A stretch of DNA of 64,000 nucleotides from NCBI GenBank assembly GCA_038061695.1, contig JBBTYT010000001.1, forward strand, positions 1,339 to 65,338. Reading direction: 5' to 3'. Positions 49,086-58,843 of this stretch are shown here, piece after piece. This DNA comes from Patescibacteria group bacterium (lineage in GTDB: Bacteria; Patescibacteriota; Minisyncoccia; GWC2-36-17; M10-OD1-4). Position numbers and translations under genes: made by a program. Position 1 is the first letter of the stretch; the number at the start of each line of letters is the position of its first letter. Below the pieces are notes generated by a model. The model worked only from the letters and a program-made list of their open reading frames with translations. It made no database searches and was not told the origin of the DNA.

Positions 49086-49931
49086 ATGTATCTTTTGTTT
49101 GATATAGGTGGAACCAAGACAAGAATTGCTTTCTCTGAAGATGGAAAAACATTTGAAGATCCAGAAATATTTTTAACACCTGAAAATTTTGAAGAAGGAA
49201 TAGATCTTATAAAAAGCAAAGCAAAAAAAGTTATAGGAGGAAGAAATCTTATTGCTTTGGCTGGCGGGATAGCTGGTTCTTTGAGTAAAGATAAGAAGGA
49301 GATATTAATTTTGCCAAATATTCCGAAATGGCAAGGAAAACCGATAGTCAGTAGATTAAGTAATGCTTTTAACCTTCCTATTTTTTTGGAAAATGACGCC
49401 GCTTTAGTTGCTCTCGGTGAGGCTATTTACGGTTCTGGTAAGGGAAATAAAGTAGTAGCATATATAACTTTAAGTACTGGGGTAGGTGGGGCGAGAATAG
49501 TTGACGGTAAGATAGATGTAAATTCTTTTGGTTTTGAGCCAGGACATCAAATTATTGATTTTGAAGAAGCATATTGTTCTTCTTGTGGCACTAAAGGTGA
49601 GCTAACTGATTATGTTAGTGGTAAGAGCTTAGAAAACAGACTACATAAGAAACCTCAGGATGTAAAAGATGAAAAAGTTTGGGACGAGCTTGCGAGAATT
49701 CTTGCTTATGGAATAAATAACGTTATTGTATTTTGGTCTCCTGATGTTGTTATTCTTGGTGGAAGTATGATGAACGAATCTAGTATATCTATAGAAAAGG
49801 TACGATCTTATTTGAAGGGTATATTAACTATATTTCCTAAATATTCAGATATTAAATCAGCTTCTTTGGGGGATGTTGGTGGTTTATACGGAGCTCTGGT
49901 ATTGGCAAATTCTAAAAAAGATGAATACTAA
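49086..49931 (+). CDS. ROK family sugar kinase (glucokinase)
   Basis: DIGGTK, ENDA, STGVGG, EPGH. Confidence 0.9.
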   Translation: MYLLFDIGGTKTRIAFSEDGKTFEDPEIFLTPENFEEGIDLIKSKAKKVIGGRNLIALAGGIAGSLSKDKKEILILPNIPKWQGKPIVSRLSNAFNLPIFLENDAALVALGEAIYGSGKGNKVVAYITLSTGVGGARIVDGKIDVNSFGFEPGHQIIDFEEAYCSSCGTKGELTDYVSGKSLENRLHKKPQDVKDEKVWDELARILAYGINNVIVFWSPDVVILGGSMMNESSISIEKVRSYLKGILTIFPKYSDIKSASLGDVGGLYGALVLANSKKDEY

Positions 49932-51336
49932 GAAAACAAGAATTATAGCTACGATTGGTCCAGCATCTCAAAATGAAAAAGTGCTGACTAAAATGATAAA
50001 GTCAGGAGTGAACTTAGTTAGACTTAATTTCTCTCATGGAGATCATAAAATTCATGAGAGGACGGTTCAACTTATAAGAGAGATATCTAAGAAATTAAAA
50101 ATTTCTGTTTCTATAATTCAGGATTTATCTGGACCAAAGATAAGAATAGGGGATTTTTATAAAGATAGAGTTAATTTAAAAACCGGATCCATCTTTACAT
50201 TAAGCACTAAGCTGTGTATCGGTGATGAAAGTGTTGTATTTGTAAATTACAAAAATTTACCAAGAGAGGTTAAAAGTGGAAGCATGCTACTTCTTGATGA
50301 TGGTAAAAAGAAACTCTGTGTTATCTCTGTTTTAAAGAGTGAAATAAAATGCAGAGTAGTTGTTGGTGGAGAGATGAAAAACAGGAGGGGTGTAAATATT
50401 CCGGGAGCATATTTAAAGATCAGCTGTCTTACAGAAAAAGATAAAAAAGATATAGCTTTTGGCATTAAATATGATGTTGATTTTTTTGCTTTGTCTTTTG
50501 TAAGAAAGCCGTCAGATATTTTAGAGTTAAGATATATTTTAAATCAAGAGAAATCAGAAGCTGGTATAATTGCAAAAATTGAAACAGAGGAGGCTATAGA
50601 AAATTTAGATGCGATTATAGATGTAACAGATGCTGTTATGGTGGCAAGAGGTGATCTTGCTGTTGAGATGCCACCTGAGGATGTGCCTACATTACAGAAA
50701 ATTATTGTTAAAAAATGCAATAAGTCTGGCAAGCCAGTCATAGTAGCTACGCAGATGCTTGAGTCTATGATAAAATGTCCTGTCCCAACAAGGGCTGAAG
50801 TAAGCGATATTGCAAATTCTATACTTGATGGCGCTGATGCGCTGATGCTTTCTGAAGAGACGGCACTCGGAGATTATCCAGTTGAAGTGATAAATATAAT
50901 GGCGAGCGTTGCTATAAAGACAGAATTAAATTATCCTAAAAAAGAGATTCAAGTAGTAGATGAGCAATATAAAAAAGGTATCGTTGATTCTATAACAGAG
51001 TCAATTGTAAAAACAGCAAACGACATTGATGCGAAGATTATCATAGCTTTAACAGAGTCGGGATTTACGCCAAGAATGATATCAAGATATAAGCCGACAC
51101 AAAAGATAGTTGTTTTGACTCCAAATCAAAAAACAGCAAACAAAATAATGTTGAGTTTTGGGTGTTATCCTTTTATCATAAAACCATTTCAAGATATTAT
51201 TCAAGTAAGCGATTATGTGAGTTCATTTGTTATTAAAAATAAATATGCAAAAAAAGGTGATAGGATAGTTATCGCCGCAGGCATTCCATTCGGACAAGTA
51301 GGCGGAACTAATACTATAATGGTTCAGGAAATTTGA
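49921..51336 (+). CDS. pyk: pyruvate kinase
   Basis: IIATIGPAS, RLNFSHG, IAKIE, MVARGDL, ATQMLESM; start ATG 49921. Confidence 0.96.
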   Translation: MNTKKTRIIATIGPASQNEKVLTKMIKSGVNLVRLNFSHGDHKIHERTVQLIREISKKLKISVSIIQDLSGPKIRIGDFYKDRVNLKTGSIFTLSTKLCIGDESVVFVNYKNLPREVKSGSMLLLDDGKKKLCVISVLKSEIKCRVVVGGEMKNRRGVNIPGAYLKISCLTEKDKKDIAFGIKYDVDFFALSFVRKPSDILELRYILNQEKSEAGIIAKIETEEAIENLDAIIDVTDAVMVARGDLAVEMPPEDVPTLQKIIVKKCNKSGKPVIVATQMLESMIKCPVPTRAEVSDIANSILDGADALMLSEETALGDYPVEVINIMASVAIKTELNYPKKEIQVVDEQYKKGIVDSITESIVKTANDIDAKIIIALTESGFTPRMISRYKPTQKIVVLTPNQKTANKIMLSFGCYPFIIKPFQDIIQVSDYVSSFVIKNKYAKKGDRIVIAAGIPFGQVGGTNTIMVQEI

Positions 51337-51356
51337 TAAGCTTATAATATTACAAT

Positions 51357-51788
51357 ATGGTTTCCACAACCGAGATTGAAAATTTTAATAAAAATTTTGA
51401 TGTTGTTTCTGTTTTTATTGAGCATAATGAAGAGATATTGCTTTTACATCGTCAGGATCATAAACCGCAAGGTAATACATGGGCTAATGTGGCAGGCAAG
51501 GTGAATGGCGGTGAGAATTTACTTGATGCTTTGATCAGAGAAGTTGAAGAAGAGATCGGTTTAAAAATAAAAAAAGAAAATTATACATACTTCAAGAAAT
51601 ATTATGTTAGATATCCGGGGTATGATTTTTTATATCATATTTACCATCTGCTTTTGGAAGAGAGGCCAATTTTGAATTTAAACTTAGAAGAAAGCAAAGA
51701 TTATAAATGGATAAAGCCGCAAGATGCTTTGAAGCTTGATTTAATTCAAGATGAGGATATTTCTATCAAGCAATTTTATAATATTTAA
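51357..51788 (+). CDS. NUDIX hydrolase
   Basis: AGKVNGGE...ALIREVEEEIG Nudix box. Confidence 0.9.
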   Translation: MVSTTEIENFNKNFDVVSVFIEHNEEILLLHRQDHKPQGNTWANVAGKVNGGENLLDALIREVEEEIGLKIKKENYTYFKKYYVRYPGYDFLYHIYHLLLEERPILNLNLEESKDYKWIKPQDALKLDLIQDEDISIKQFYNI

Positions 51789-51808
51789 TCAGTTATATTA
51801 CTAATTAT

Positions 51809-52276
51809 ATGTCTAATGCCTGTGACCATAAAAGTGTCGGAATGATTCTTTACAAAGATGAAAAAATTCTATTAATTGAAAGAGCCAAATATCCTTTTGG
51901 CTTTGCCATTCCAGCTGGTCATGTCGATGATGACAAAACTTATGAAGAATCTGCCCAGCGTGAATTAAAAGAAGAGGTTGGGCTAGGAACAAAAGAATTA
52001 AAATTAATTATAGAGGGGAGAAAAGAAAATAAATGCAGGAGAGATGGCGGTTCATGGCATTTTTGGAAGATATATCAAATAATTTCAATTGGAGAAATAG
52101 ATAGAAGTAAAGACGAAACGAAGCAAGTCGGCTGGTATACTAAAGATCAAATAAGAGTTCTTGGAAATAAAGCTGAAAAGTATAATAATAAAGAAATTTC
52201 TGAGGAAGAGTGGAATAAGAATCCTGGGCTGGAACCCGTGATATATGAATGGTTTAAGGAATTAAAAATAATTTAA
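51809..52276 (+). CDS. NUDIX hydrolase
   Basis: PAGHVD...AQRELKEEVG. Confidence 0.9.
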   Translation: MSNACDHKSVGMILYKDEKILLIERAKYPFGFAIPAGHVDDDKTYEESAQRELKEEVGLGTKELKLIIEGRKENKCRRDGGSWHFWKIYQIISIGEIDRSKDETKQVGWYTKDQIRVLGNKAEKYNNKEISEEEWNKNPGLEPVIYEWFKELKII

Positions 52277-52281
52277 AGAAA

Positions 52282-52746
52282 ATGAAAAAAGTTACTAAAA
52301 TAAAAAAGAAAAAGAGAGAGGTTGTTATTTGTTCAAGCGCCGCTTTTTATAAAAATATGTTGGATGTTGAGGATGAGCTTAAGAGATTAGGATTTAAAGT
52401 AATCATCCCTCTTACTGCAAGTGCAATGAAAAAGAACGGTGATTTTAGCGTGGAAAGATATAAAACTTGGCATAAAAATTCGGATGATTATAAAAGAAAA
52501 ACTTTTTTAACGAAACATCACTTTAATAAAATTGTGAAAGGAGATGTTATTCTCGTATTGAATTATGAAAAAAATGGAATTATTGGATATATTGGCGGGG
52601 CAGTTTTATCTGAGATGGCAATCGCCCTTCATCATGGCAAGAAAATTTACATGCTTAATCCAGTACCAGAATCTCTATCTTACAAAGAAGAGCTTTATGG
52701 AATGATGCCGATTGTCATCAATGGCGATTTAAATTTAATCCGTTAA
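52282..52746 (+). CDS. nucleoside 2-deoxyribosyltransferase-like protein
   Basis: ICSS, DVILVLN, GYIG...SEMAIA...KKIY pattern. Confidence 0.6.
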   Translation: MKKVTKIKKKKREVVICSSAAFYKNMLDVEDELKRLGFKVIIPLTASAMKKNGDFSVERYKTWHKNSDDYKRKTFLTKHHFNKIVKGDVILVLNYEKNGIIGYIGGAVLSEMAIALHHGKKIYMLNPVPESLSYKEELYGMMPIVINGDLNLIR

Positions 52747-52765
52747 TAAAAAAGGTTTCAAATAT

Positions 52766-53101
52766 ATGACTTTAGAAATATTTCAAAAATTTATCGATGA
52801 ACAGGATGCTCTTTTTCGCGCGGTGAAAGATTCTAATAAAACTGATCGTGAACGTGTTTTTGCTCGTGTGATTAAATTAGGGGAAGAGTACGGGGAGTTA
52901 TGTGATGAAGTGCTTGCTTCAGTCGGAGATCAAAGAAAGGACAAATTAGATGAGAAGCATGATTTGGAGGGTGAGTTTGCTGATGTGGTTATCGTTGCTT
53001 TCATGCTCGCAAAAGCTATGAATATAGATATGAAAAAAGCGTTAATAAATAAGATGCAAAAAATTAAGGATAAACATAATAAACAAATAGGGGTTAAGTA
53101 A
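52766..53101 (+). CDS. MazG-like NTP pyrophosphohydrolase
   Basis: KLGEEYGEL...EGEFADV. Confidence 0.85.
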   Translation: MTLEIFQKFIDEQDALFRAVKDSNKTDRERVFARVIKLGEEYGELCDEVLASVGDQRKDKLDEKHDLEGEFADVVIVAFMLAKAMNIDMKKALINKMQKIKDKHNKQIGVK

Positions 53102-53192
53102 AATTTATATAATCGAAATTGTGTTTCAAGTTGAATTTTTCAATTTTTCTGATATACTGATTTTATATTAAAATTTAACTTATTTATCTTAT

Positions 53193-53750
53193 ATGTATGA
53201 AGATATCTTAAATCCATTTAAGGAAAAAATGGAAAAAACCATTGATCATTTTAGATTGGAAATAACTTCTTTAAGAACCGGTAGAGCATCTTCCACCTTG
53301 GTTGAAGATTTGAAAGTTATTTATTTTGGAGTTCCAACTCCATTAAATCAAATTGCTTCAATAACAGTTCAACCGCCAAGCACGATAGTTATTAAACCGT
53401 GGGATAGAAGTGCTATTGCTCCTATTGAGTCTGCTATTAGAAATTCTCAAATTGGTCTTGCGCCTATTGCCGAAAGCGACTTTGTCAGGATAAATATTCC
53501 AACTTTAACTCAAGAAAGAAGAGAACAATTGATAAAGATTTTAGGTCAGAGAGCTGAGGATGCGAAAGTTGCTGTAAGGCAAGAAAGAGAGTATATTATG
53601 AAGGATATTGATAAAAGAGAGAAAGAAGGAACTTTGTCTGAGGATGATAAATTTAAATCAAAAGAGATGGTTCAGAAGCTTGTTGATTTATATAATGATA
53701 AGGTAAAAAATGTAAGAGATTTAAAGGAGAGAGATATATTAAGTAATTGA
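53193..53750 (+). CDS. frr: ribosome recycling factor
   Basis: LRTGRAS, PTLTQERR, AKVAVR, SEDD. Confidence 0.95.
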   Translation: MYEDILNPFKEKMEKTIDHFRLEITSLRTGRASSTLVEDLKVIYFGVPTPLNQIASITVQPPSTIVIKPWDRSAIAPIESAIRNSQIGLAPIAESDFVRINIPTLTQERREQLIKILGQRAEDAKVAVRQEREYIMKDIDKREKEGTLSEDDKFKSKEMVQKLVDLYNDKVKNVRDLKERDILSN

Positions 53751-53761
53751 AATTATAACCA

Positions 53762-54850
53762 ATGTCAGTTTTATTATCTATAGTAGTTTTCATTGTTATT
53801 TTAGCCTTATTGGTTTTGGTGCATGAATTTGGGCATTTTAAGGCTGCGAGAAAATTCGGAATTCGTGTTGATGAATTCGGTTTTGGTTTTCCGCCTAAAA
53901 TTTGGAGTAGAAAAAAAGATGAAACAGAATATTCTATTAATTGGATACCGCTTGGCGGATTTGTGAAGATATTTGGAGAATCAAGAGAAGGGGAAGGAGA
54001 TCCAAGTAGTTTTGCGTCAAAGCCTGTTTGGCAAAGAATGATAGTCATTTCAGCAGGTGTGTTTATGAATTGGGTTTTAGCAGTTGTTCTTCTAACTATA
54101 GGATTTTGGTATGGTCTTCCTCAGCTTGTGACAGATGAGAATATTGGTAGAGCTAGAGATGTGACTGTCACTATTACTCAAGTTGTGTCAAGTTCTCCGG
54201 CACAAGAAGCAGGTTTTAAAGTAGGTGATTCTATAAACAAACTTACATTTGGTTCTGATATTATTTTAATTTCAGAGCCTGAGCATGTTCAGGAATTTAT
54301 TGCAAAGCATAAAGGTGAGAATATTTCAGCTCAAATAAAAAGAGGAGGGGAATTATTAAACTTGGAAGTTACTCCAAGATTAAAGGTTCCAGAGGGAGAA
54401 GGTGCTGTTGGTGTAGCTATGGGAAAAGTTGGTATAGTTTCATCTATTTGGTATAAAGCTCCTTGGGATGGTTTAAAAACAACATATTTTATGACAGGAT
54501 CTATGTTCACAGGTTTTTATGAAATATTAAAAAATCTTGTTCTTTCTGGTAAGGCTGGTGTTGATGTCGCAGGTCCTATAGGCATTGGTCAGATGACATA
54601 TCAATTCACTCAACTCGGATTCTCTTATCTTATTCAATTTGCTGCTATACTATCAATTAATTTAGCTATTTTAAATGCTCTTCCAATCCCAGCTCTTGAT
54701 GGTGGAAGATTTATATTTTTAATTATAGAGGCGATAAAAAGATCTCCTGTTTCTCAAAAGGTTGAGATGACTTTTCAGACAGTAGGTATTGCGCTTTTAA
54801 TATTATTAATGGTGGTGGTGACTATTAAAGATATTATACGTTTATTTTAA
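53762..54850 (+). CDS. rseP: RIP metalloprotease RseP
   Basis: HEFGH, PLGGFV, PDZ, NALPIPALDGG. Confidence 0.93.
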   Translation: MSVLLSIVVFIVILALLVLVHEFGHFKAARKFGIRVDEFGFGFPPKIWSRKKDETEYSINWIPLGGFVKIFGESREGEGDPSSFASKPVWQRMIVISAGVFMNWVLAVVLLTIGFWYGLPQLVTDENIGRARDVTVTITQVVSSSPAQEAGFKVGDSINKLTFGSDIILISEPEHVQEFIAKHKGENISAQIKRGGELLNLEVTPRLKVPEGEGAVGVAMGKVGIVSSIWYKAPWDGLKTTYFMTGSMFTGFYEILKNLVLSGKAGVDVAGPIGIGQMTYQFTQLGFSYLIQFAAILSINLAILNALPIPALDGGRFIFLIIEAIKRSPVSQKVEMTFQTVGIALLILLMVVVTIKDIIRLF

Positions 54851-55010
54851 TACTTTCCTTTGTTTTTGTTGAAAATATGCATAATTTCTAGGATGCTAGA
54901 GATTGTAATACACATGTTAAGTATCAATTTTATTAATGTTAAATAATTATATATTGATATACCTATTAAACCCTTGCTTTACGCTATATTTAGGTATAAT
55001 ATGTTAATTA

Positions 55011-56210
55011 ATGAATGATCAAGATGTAAATAAATCAGAGTTTAAGGAAATACCCTTGAAAATATATGAACCAACATGGGGTTCAGACCTTGCTGGTACT
55101 ATTATTGAGCTTGAAAAACTGCGCGTAAGAAAGCTTGGTGGACCGGTCCCACCCTATATATTTTTTCAGCTGAAAGATATTTTTCAGATGATGGAAAGTC
55201 TCGGGTCCGCGCGCATCGAGGGAAACCATACAACCCTCGCCGAGTTTGTTGAAAAAATTATTGACCAAATTCCAAAAGACACAAAAGAGGAATCCATTCG
55301 TGAGATTTTTAACATTGAACGAGCAATTAAATTTATCGAGGATAATGTTGCCGAGGGTGGGAAAATTACTCGTGCGCATATATCAGAAATTCATAAAATT
55401 ATTGTAGATGGTCTTACTCCGTCACCATTTGGTGAAGGCTCATGTTATCCTGGAGACTTGAGATCAATCAATGTCGGCATTCAAGGATCGTCCCATGTGC
55501 CACCTGATAAAGTTAAAGTGCTAGATTATTTTGAAGAGCTTATTGCGTTTGTGAACACGGAAGTCGGACCACAAAACGATCTATTGGTAACAGCTCTCTC
55601 TCATCATCGTATGGCGTGGATTCACCCATTCGATAACGGCAACGGACGTTTGATTCGAATGTTTACTTACGCTTTGCTCATTAAGCAAGGTTTTAAAGTC
55701 CATGACGGACGAATACTTAATCCAACGGCAATCTTTTGTATGGACCGTAATCAGTATTACAAAAATTTAGGACTTGCTGATACTGGAGAAAAAGACAAAG
55801 TGCTTGAATGGTGTTCGTATGTCCTTAGCGGTTTAAAAGAGGAAATTGAAAAAATTGACCGTTTGCTTGATTTAAAATATATGACTGAGACGATTTTGAT
55901 ACCAGTTTTGGCCTATGCGCTTGAACGTCAACTTATTACTAAACGCGAATTCTATATTTTAAGTGCCTTGGTGAAGAGTAAGTTGATGATAATTAAGTCG
56001 TCAGACCTCAATTCAATTATTGGAGAAGAGTCAGCTGTCCAGCGTTCACGCATTCTTAAGCGTCTAAAAGATAAAAAAATGCTCCGTCTTGCGCATGGCA
56101 AGAGTCGTGTATATACCATTAATTTCGTAAATAATTATCTATTGCGTGGGATTTTTTATGTTCTTGAGAAGAACGGCTTCGTCCCGCCGTCTTTGAACAA
56201 GAAAAATTAA
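55011..56210 (+). CDS. Fic family protein (class II, intramolecular inhibitory helix)
   Basis: HPFDNGNGRLIR catalytic motif; SARIEGN inhibitory motif. Confidence 0.92.
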   Translation: MNDQDVNKSEFKEIPLKIYEPTWGSDLAGTIIELEKLRVRKLGGPVPPYIFFQLKDIFQMMESLGSARIEGNHTTLAEFVEKIIDQIPKDTKEESIREIFNIERAIKFIEDNVAEGGKITRAHISEIHKIIVDGLTPSPFGEGSCYPGDLRSINVGIQGSSHVPPDKVKVLDYFEELIAFVNTEVGPQNDLLVTALSHHRMAWIHPFDNGNGRLIRMFTYALLIKQGFKVHDGRILNPTAIFCMDRNQYYKNLGLADTGEKDKVLEWCSYVLSGLKEEIEKIDRLLDLKYMTETILIPVLAYALERQLITKREFYILSALVKSKLMIIKSSDLNSIIGEESAVQRSRILKRLKDKKMLRLAHGKSRVYTINFVNNYLLRGIFYVLEKNGFVPPSLNKKN

Positions 56211-56462
56211 AATGTAATTTAAAGTACAAACCGCCATACGATAAGACTCAAACATTGCTACATCGTCTATAGGTTTTTATCATTATTTGATAAACCTGCT
56301 TTTTAATTTGTCTTATTTTCGCTTAATTTCACTTGTAAATTCTGATTTTATTAGGATTTACAAAGTAACGGTATTGATGTATTCTATCATAATAGTGAGG
56401 ATATATCTTTTTTGACGAGGAATTAAAAGATATAAAAAATAAATTTCTTAAATTTCAAGATA

Positions 56463-57497
56463 ATGTTAAATAAAATTTTTGGATATTTTTCAAAAGATAT
56501 CGGGATAGATTTGGGCACCGCAAATACCCTTGTTTATGTTAAGGGTAGGGGTATTATAATCAATGAACCATCCGTTGTTGCTATAAATCAAAAAACTGGA
56601 CAAGTTCTAGCTATAGGTATTGAGGCAAAAAAGATGATTGGCAGAACGCCAGGGCATGTTGTAGCGGTGAGGCCTCTTGTAGATGGTGTTATCTCTGATT
56701 TTGAGGTTACCGAGCAGATGCTTAAATATTTCATAGATAAGGTTCACAAAGAATCTTTTTCTCTAATACCAAGACCAAGAGTCGTCATTGGTATTCCTTC
56801 TCAGATCACAGAGGTTGAAAAAAGAGCAGTGGAAGAGGCGGCAAAAAATGCCGGAGCGAGAGAAGTTTATTTAGTTGAAGAGCCTATGGCGGCCGCTATT
56901 GGTTCAAGAATGCCTATACATGATGCAGTTGGAAATCTAATTGTTGATATAGGTGGTGGCACAACAGATATAGCTGTTATATCTTTAGGTGGTGTCGTTA
57001 TTTCTAAAAATTTAAAAATAGCAGGTGATAAATTGAATCAGGACATTATAAGATATGCTCATGATGAGTATAAACTTCTTATTGGCGAGAGAGCGGCAGA
57101 GGATATTAAAATATCTATAGGCTCGGCTTATCCGCTGGAAGAAACCTTAACTACCCATATGAGAGGTAGAGATCTTGTTTCAGGGTTACCAAAAGAAATT
57201 ATTGTTACGGATGTTGAAATAAGAAAGACGCTTTCTCGCTCGGTAGGTGCTTTAATTAGTGCTATTAAGTCAACCATAGAATCAGCTCCTCCTGAGTTAG
57301 TCGCTGATCTCTTAAAAAATGGTATTATTTTAACTGGTGGAGGTTCTTTGCTTCGAGGTCTTGATAGGGCTATAGAGGAGGATACTAAAATATCTGTTAG
57401 AGTTGCGGAAGATGCTCTCGCTTCCGTTGTTATTGGAACTGGAATTATTATAGAAAATTTAGACAAGTTAGCCCATGTTTTAGTTTCAACTAAATAA
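56463..57497 (+). CDS. mreB: rod shape-determining protein MreB
   Basis: DLGTAN, EPSVVA, DIGGGTT, TGGGSLL. Confidence 0.97.
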   Translation: MLNKIFGYFSKDIGIDLGTANTLVYVKGRGIIINEPSVVAINQKTGQVLAIGIEAKKMIGRTPGHVVAVRPLVDGVISDFEVTEQMLKYFIDKVHKESFSLIPRPRVVIGIPSQITEVEKRAVEEAAKNAGAREVYLVEEPMAAAIGSRMPIHDAVGNLIVDIGGGTTDIAVISLGGVVISKNLKIAGDKLNQDIIRYAHDEYKLLIGERAAEDIKISIGSAYPLEETLTTHMRGRDLVSGLPKEIIVTDVEIRKTLSRSVGALISAIKSTIESAPPELVADLLKNGIILTGGGSLLRGLDRAIEEDTKISVRVAEDALASVVIGTGIIIENLDKLAHVLVSTK

Positions 57498-57530
57498 AGC
57501 TATAAGTAAGAATCTTTAAGATATATTTGT

Positions 57531-58352
57531 ATGGCAAAAGGTAGTAAAATGAAGCTATTTTCTTTTTTAGTGGTGATAGTTTTTTTGTTGATTTTTTTGA
57601 GTATATTTTTTAAGAATGGTAAATTACAAAATATTATTTTTGATGTTGCTAGTATTCCAGAAAAAGCATTTTTTTTGATTGGTGATATATTTTCCAGTGG
57701 ATTTAAAATTATTTTCTCTTTAAAGAATGTTGTTATAGAGAATTCTTCATTAAGATTGGAAAATGATACTCTTGTGCAAAAGCTAGTTGATTTTGAAAAA
57801 GTAAAAAGTGAAAATATTCTTCTAAGAGAACAATTATCTTTAAGCTTAACAAAATCGTATAATCTTTTGGATGTTAAAATCACCAGTTTTGAGCCAAGTA
57901 ATCTTTTTGAATTTTTAATTATAAACAAAGGAAAGAATGATGGATTAGAAAAAGATATGCCTGTTATTTTGACCGGCAATATATTGGTTGGAAAAATTAC
58001 CGATGTCTATGATGATTATTCTAAAGTTATGCTCATAACTGACAGTAATAATAAAGTTAATGTTATTTCATTTTCTAATCAAGAAGATATTGAATCTCAA
58101 AACAGATCGTATTCTGGTGTTTTAAGTGGTTATTTTGGAAAATCAATTTTTATGGATTTAATAGAGAAGAGTTCTTTGGTTAATCAAAAAGATATGATAA
58201 TAACCTCAGGATTAGATGGTATTTATCCTGAAAATCTTATCGTTGGCTATGTTGATGTAATAAAGGATGATGATAATGCTGTTTTTAAACAAGCCTATTT
58301 AAATCCTGCTTTTTTACCATTAGACTCAACTTTAGCTTTTGTAATTAGATGA
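57531..58352 (+). CDS. mreC: rod shape-determining protein MreC
   Basis: TM, coiled coil, INKGKNDG, TSGLDGIYP. Confidence 0.92.
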   Translation: MAKGSKMKLFSFLVVIVFLLIFLSIFFKNGKLQNIIFDVASIPEKAFFLIGDIFSSGFKIIFSLKNVVIENSSLRLENDTLVQKLVDFEKVKSENILLREQLSLSLTKSYNLLDVKITSFEPSNLFEFLIINKGKNDGLEKDMPVILTGNILVGKITDVYDDYSKVMLITDSNNKVNVISFSNQEDIESQNRSYSGVLSGYFGKSIFMDLIEKSSLVNQKDMIITSGLDGIYPENLIVGYVDVIKDDDNAVFKQAYLNPAFLPLDSTLAFVIR

Positions 58353-58843
58353 AAATTTTTATATTTTTTTTCACTTTATCATTGGCTATATTTTTTCAAG
58401 TTTCTTTGATGCAAAAAATAGATTTTTATGGGGTTGCCCCAAATCTACCACTTGTTATTGTTTTTTTTCTAATATTTTTTTCTGATAATTATAAAAAAAC
58501 AATGTTTAGCGCAATGTTTTTAGGTCTTCTTTTTGATATATTTTCTGGAGTAATATTTGGAGTATTTACATTAACATTTATTGTAACAGCTTTTTTAGCA
58601 TTTGTTCTATCAGACACCATTGTTTCTCGTGATAATATATTAATCTTATTTTTTATATCCATATGCGGGACTTTATTTTATGCGTTATTTAGCGTTCTTT
58701 TAATTTATATATTTTCTTTTTTTAACACTGATAATTTAAAAATATTTTTGAATTTCATATTCTTTAGAAATATTATATTTGAGGCTATTTTGAATTCTTT
58801 ATTGATCTTTGTTTTATCGCCATTAAAAAGATTTGTGAAATGA
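58349..58843 (+). CDS. mreD: rod shape-determining protein MreD
   Basis: PNL, GLLFDIFSG; position after mreC. Confidence 0.85.
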   Translation: MKIFIFFFTLSLAIFFQVSLMQKIDFYGVAPNLPLVIVFFLIFFSDNYKKTMFSAMFLGLLFDIFSGVIFGVFTLTFIVTAFLAFVLSDTIVSRDNILILFFISICGTLFYALFSVLLIYIFSFFNTDNLKIFLNFIFFRNIIFEAILNSLLIFVLSPLKRFVK

